Shown one piece after another: positions 62,301 to 64,000 of a stretch of 64,000 bases of DNA. Location: assembly GCA_951406725.2 (NCBI GenBank), contig OX597818.1, positions 144,770,001 through 144,834,000 of the forward strand. The letters are read 5' to 3'. Made by a program: the position numbers and the translations under genes. Source of the DNA: Octopus vulgaris. Its lineage: Eukaryota. The notes under the pieces were generated by a model. The model saw nothing but the letters and a program-made list of their open reading frames with translations, searched no databases and was not told the origin of the DNA. Position 1 is the stretch's first letter, and the number at the start of each line of letters is the position of its first letter.

Positions 62301-63734
62301 GATAAAAAATAAATATAAAAAATAAGACGAGATGGTCATGGCTCAAGTATCTTAGACCAGTAGTAGAGGAAACTTTTTAGTATCAGTAGCAAATTCTAAA
62401 TACAAAAGATCCTGTGGTACTGATGCCTATGTGCTGAAAAAAATAATGAAATGTTAATTTAACAAATTCATAGAAAGGTAACTTTAAATTGTTGCTTTGG
62501 TTTTAAGTCTTAAACTATTTTGTAACTTTATAGGAAAAGGTTGGTCTTTTAAGGGTTTGATATCCTTTGGGTTTATATCATTTATGGAGAGTTAGTGAAA
62601 TCAACCTCAACATTGCGCTGCTGTTTATTGTATCAATGTTGATGTCAAGAAAGAGAAAGTGAATACTGATAGAATTTGAACACACGTCATGTGCTGGTCC
62701 TACAATAAAATACACTCAGTACACTCTATAAAGTGGTTGGTGTTAGGAGGGGAATTCAACAATAGAAACCAGGCCGAATATGGAACATACAAGTGAGATG
62801 TGGTCCTCTGACTTATCTAAGACAAAAACTACAAATAAGAACTAATGAACTGTCCGACCCCTGCAGGAAAAGTGGATCCAATATGACTATGATGAAGATG
62901 AGATGATGACGACAGTGAAAATAAAGGGTTGAAATTATATTACAGTAGGATCTTTTGTCTGGTGCTACACAACACCTGCCGTTCACATAAGCCTTAGGGA
63001 ATCTAACGAGGGGTGGGGAATGAGTCACTTGTGGTCATTTGACCTGCTAAATATAGAAGTTAAATCTCCTCTACATCACACTTTTTCATTTTAAACAAAA
63101 CAAGGACACCTCAGTCAAGGATGCCCAGGGGATGAATAATCACAATTAACCTTTGATAAAAAAAAAAAACCAAACAGAAAGCAAGCAAACAAACAAACAA
63201 AAATATAGCAATCATCCACATGTGAGGATGACCTAGTAGCAAGTACCATGTTTTTGCTAATTGTTTTGTGAGCAAAGGCATTTGCTTGGATCCCCTGCCC
63301 TTGACTCAGTGAAATAATGAGGATGTAACAGCTGGAGGTGGTAAGGGCTGGAATTCATTTTCAACTGAATAGACTGGAATTAAGTGAAATGGAGTGGCTT
63401 GCTCAAGGACACAATGTACCACCCAGTCCAGGAATCAAACTTGTAACCTTATGTGAGTCTTCTAAAATTTATGCACATTCTAACCACTAGGCATGCATCA
63501 CCACCACCACCACGACCATGACCAGCAGTAGCAGCACCACTACCACCACCACCACCAACAACAACAATAACAACAACAATTATTAACAAAAAATGTTAAA
63601 ATAAATATTTAACAAAAAATGTCAGCATGTAAAAATGAAGAAAAAAAAAAGAAATCATTTGATTACCCCTTAACCACCAGAACATCTTGAAGGCCCAAAC
63701 ATTTGGTGAAAGATCTTAGGCAAGGTATTGTCAT
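22044..63734 (-). CDS. FAM149B1: FAM149 family protein (FAM149B1/FAM149A ortholog, DUF3719, primary-cilium associated), 16 coding exons, about 643 aa
   Basis: Hand-spliced model with 1932 coding nt, all introns GT-AG and consistent phases. Motifs LEKHPPP, FWGND, LFNEINEILYEQ...ECEEWSLQFPHLRVLGQQI, DGNVEEIIAID, GYPPITP, LSSPP..RNGCLPPI, RISSAV and RPNTTH occur in the same order as in vertebrate FAM149B1. Confidence 0.9.
23422..23745 (+). mobile_element. tRNA-derived SINE (family C)
   Basis: A box TGGCTTAGTGG, B box GAGTTCAATTCC, body gtgt(c/a)cttgagcaagacact. Other copies at about 31138-31365 (+) and 56640-56890 (-). Confidence 0.8.
23909..24052 (-). CDS. FAM149B1: FAM149 exon 15
   Basis: GGQNVTLGISGNSLQPF...EIICSPW; donor GTAAGC; 144 nt. 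Confidence 0.82.
25224..25317 (-). CDS. FAM149B1: FAM149 exon 14
   Basis: SETPFSTLLMRRSSTPPWQQTLNSNRGHSLI; donor GTAAGC; 94 nt. Confidence 0.85.
27655..28030 (+). mobile_element. R4/Dong-like non-LTR retrotransposon 3' fragment (restriction-like endonuclease), degenerate
   Basis: KIPWDFDI*...KPD...KQECLITDVTEPGD*HIVVKEGEKANKYGNLKIEIAKM...VVPVVI...LQKSALLGTARIVCKVL; directly follows a (TAA)n tract. Confidence 0.8.
28993..29133 (-). CDS. FAM149B1: FAM149 exon 13
   Basis: RYVGGSNNNRISSAVGDKD...EGRPNTTHAMAR; 141 nt. Confidence 0.9.
33153..33299 (-). CDS. FAM149B1: FAM149 exon 12
   Basis: DEEVLKVTKLMPAGSESLSSPPSLLGFRNGCLPPI...GRPQ; 147 nt. Confidence 0.9.
34310..34478 (-). CDS. FAM149B1: FAM149 exon 11
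   Basis: DGSDMSLPTP...SRPGSV...LRLAPLHNVQERSRTPCM; 169 nt. Confidence 0.85.
35422..35546 (-). CDS. FAM149B1: FAM149 exon 10
   Basis: VSLPTRTPSFITSSASWKPQSLDGILTVKQKDIVERPGAIL; donor GTAAGT; 125 nt. Confidence 0.8.
36781..36822 (-). ncRNA. Decayed minimal type I hammerhead-like motif
   Basis: Minus strand gcttca-CTGATGA-GGTAcaataaTACT-GAAA-CATG-TC-caaa: core, stem II and GUC triplet are present; stem I is unpaired. Confidence 0.45.
37466..37560 (-). CDS. FAM149B1: FAM149 exon 9
   Basis: GVEKSILLPLPTYRAEIHNISREASSMYNYQK|GTCAGT; 95 nt; needed to restore phase between exons 8 and 10. Confidence 0.75.
39234..39285 (-). CDS. FAM149B1: FAM149 exon 8
   Basis: VLVWMKTLLSMYFEYVR; 52 nt; phase 0 to 1. 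Confidence 0.85.
40641..40779 (-). CDS. FAM149B1: FAM149 exon 7
   Basis: IDTLPDG...TGYPPITPLACVRENIASAMFDYTWNE; donor GTAAGA; 139 nt. Confidence 0.92.
40990..41568 (+). CDS. LINE ORF1 (C-terminal part)
   Basis: AIIYG..E...VARLGRF...RPRPIRVIF...FREEYSLRERIRRRNLISELKMRKQMGEKGLRIQDGQII, typical of CR1-clade ORF1p C-termini. Confidence 0.8.
   Translation: MTTKSIPIDPTGRHKSDGYETTLSKSSNEESNTAAHSRELFAHSRSAIIYGKAESTCDTGINHLKDDINFVSILVGKLFSVNENVSVLKVARLGRFQANPTADTRPRPIRVIFSSDWEASVFLNRAQTHAWEDPNMGFREEYSLRERIRRRNLISELKMRKQMGEKGLRIQDGQIIKSYLWSHAVVLTGKVM
41337..44453 (+). pseudogene. LINE ORF2 (AP endonuclease plus reverse transcriptase) with one premature TGA at 44322-44324
   Basis: EN motifs YTNSCSL, IAITETWL, RRGGGVAVYV, VYRPP, LGDFN, LDLVF, SDH. 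RT motifs GPDGI, NYRPVSLTS, QHGF, DFAKAFDSV, GVPHGSVLGP, FADD. The frame continues past the stop as RRGAFSVRVADPWNKLP...FKASLD to TGA at 44451-44453. Confidence 0.92.
46229..46399 (-). CDS. FAM149B1: FAM149 exon 6
   Basis: LNITGKSAE...FEEIIEKDGNVEEIIAIDYPE; 171 nt. Confidence 0.9.
48898..49047 (-). CDS. FAM149B1: FAM149 exon 5
   Basis: VLGQQIFPSEEQGYDAVPR...DSDLQ; donor GTAAGT; 150 nt. Confidence 0.9.
51905..52047 (-). CDS. FAM149B1: FAM149 exon 4 (DUF3719 core)
   Basis: ESERKAAGKIQVLFNEINEILYEQQRPIGSSDMYHECEEWSLQFPHL; 143 nt. Confidence 0.93.
52595..52762. repeat. 39-bp minisatellite, about 4 copies
   Basis: cagaaaatatgttcac recurs at 52636, 52675 and 52714, with degenerate flanking units. 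Confidence 0.85.
53405..53537 (-). CDS. FAM149B1: FAM149 exon 3
   Basis: YQSVKSSP...LTGNTTDRSSVDDPFWGND; 133 nt. Confidence 0.88.
53883..53928 (-). ncRNA. Minimal type I hammerhead ribozyme motif (left arm)
   Basis: GACTC-CTGATGA-A-GGCTG-gagggtctct-CAGCC-GAAA-CA-TT-GTGTT. Confidence 0.75.
54231..54276 (+). ncRNA. Minimal type I hammerhead ribozyme motif (right arm; mutated near the cleavage site)
   Basis: GACAC-CTGATGA-A-GGCTGG-agggtata-CCAGCT-GAAA-TG-CT-GTGTC: stem I GACAC/GTGTC and a 6-bp stem II. Confidence 0.75.
56267..56359 (-). CDS. FAM149B1: FAM149 exon 2
   Basis: QGLSRSLLEKHPPPDQQEDPELTPNFEEGS; AG/GT borders; 93 nt. Confidence 0.85.
57740..63130 (+). mobile_element. Cluster of about 7 old dispersed repeats (family E) in FAM149 intron 1
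   Basis: Motif gctagaaatagcagccaaatctc...cataggtctg...ctaaacaacaac, degenerate, near 57762, 59440, 59980, 61140, 61600, 62133 and 63045. Confidence 0.7.
58725..58766 (-). ncRNA. Decayed minimal type I hammerhead-like motif (apparently the same family as 36781-36822)
   Basis: Minus strand CTTTG-CTGATGA-gattagcttaaggcc-aAAA-CATG-cC-CAGAG: stem I pairs; the G of GAAA and the U of the triplet are mutated. Confidence 0.4.
63667..63734 (-). CDS. FAM149B1: FAM149 exon 1 (probable start)
   Basis: MTIPCLRSFTKCLGLQDVLVVK+GG|GTAATC. Phase 2 fits exon 2 and the sequence is loosely similar to the FAM149B1 N-terminus; the Kozak context is weak. Confidence 0.6.
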
Positions 63735-64000
63735 CAATATTGAGGATGTGCCAGCAAAGTAAGAAAGAAATAGGGGGTGGGTAAGTAGGGACATAAAAAG
63801 AAAGGAGGCTGGAACGAAGGATAAGAGAAATTCATATACATATACAAAAATGAAAAATAGTACCCCCCACCCAACCGATTATAACTTTTTAAATCAAGAA
63901 GTATAAAAATAAAAGAAAAAAAGACAAGTGCAGAAAAACCCCGGAAACGGACAAGACAGATCTCTTGTTAAGGGCTAGCAGAGATCCCGGATAAGCTTAG
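63735..64000 (-). promoter_or_regulatory. Probable 5' UTR and promoter-proximal region of FAM149
   Basis: No splice acceptor AG close upstream of the ATG. CpGs reappear near the window end, including an ETS-like CCGGAA at about 63941-63946. Confidence 0.3.

Overview
Eukaryotic, AT-rich animal genomic DNA dense in microsatellites and SINEs. The repeat families look like those of Octopus (cephalopod); that assignment is inference from recognition, not a search. Three protein-coding genes are present. (1) The last two coding exons of DHRS7B (+, 1-2013). (2) An intronless mitochondrial elongation factor Tu of the divergent EF-Tu2 type (-, 6904-8265), with an altered aminoacyl pocket and a basic C-terminal extension. 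(3) A 16-exon FAM149 (FAM149B1-like, DUF3719) gene (-, 22044-63734, about 643 aa) reconstructed by hand; every intron is GT-AG and exon phases are consistent. Mobile DNA includes a near-intact, GC-rich CR1-type LINE in a FAM149 intron, two Penelope-like element (PLE) relics, RTE, R4 and CRE-like LINE fragments, a hAT transposase relic, a MITE and at least five SINE-like families. The most unusual object is a 533-bp palindromic element at 53833-54365 flanked by a 10-bp target-site duplication. It has two head-to-head tRNA-derived Pol III heads, each followed by a minimal hammerhead ribozyme, plus a one-sided 3' tail, which suggests a Pol III-driven, ribozyme-bearing non-autonomous PLE. Further decayed hammerhead-like motifs are scattered in the window. 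All calls were made by eye with no database searches; repeat boundaries are approximate.
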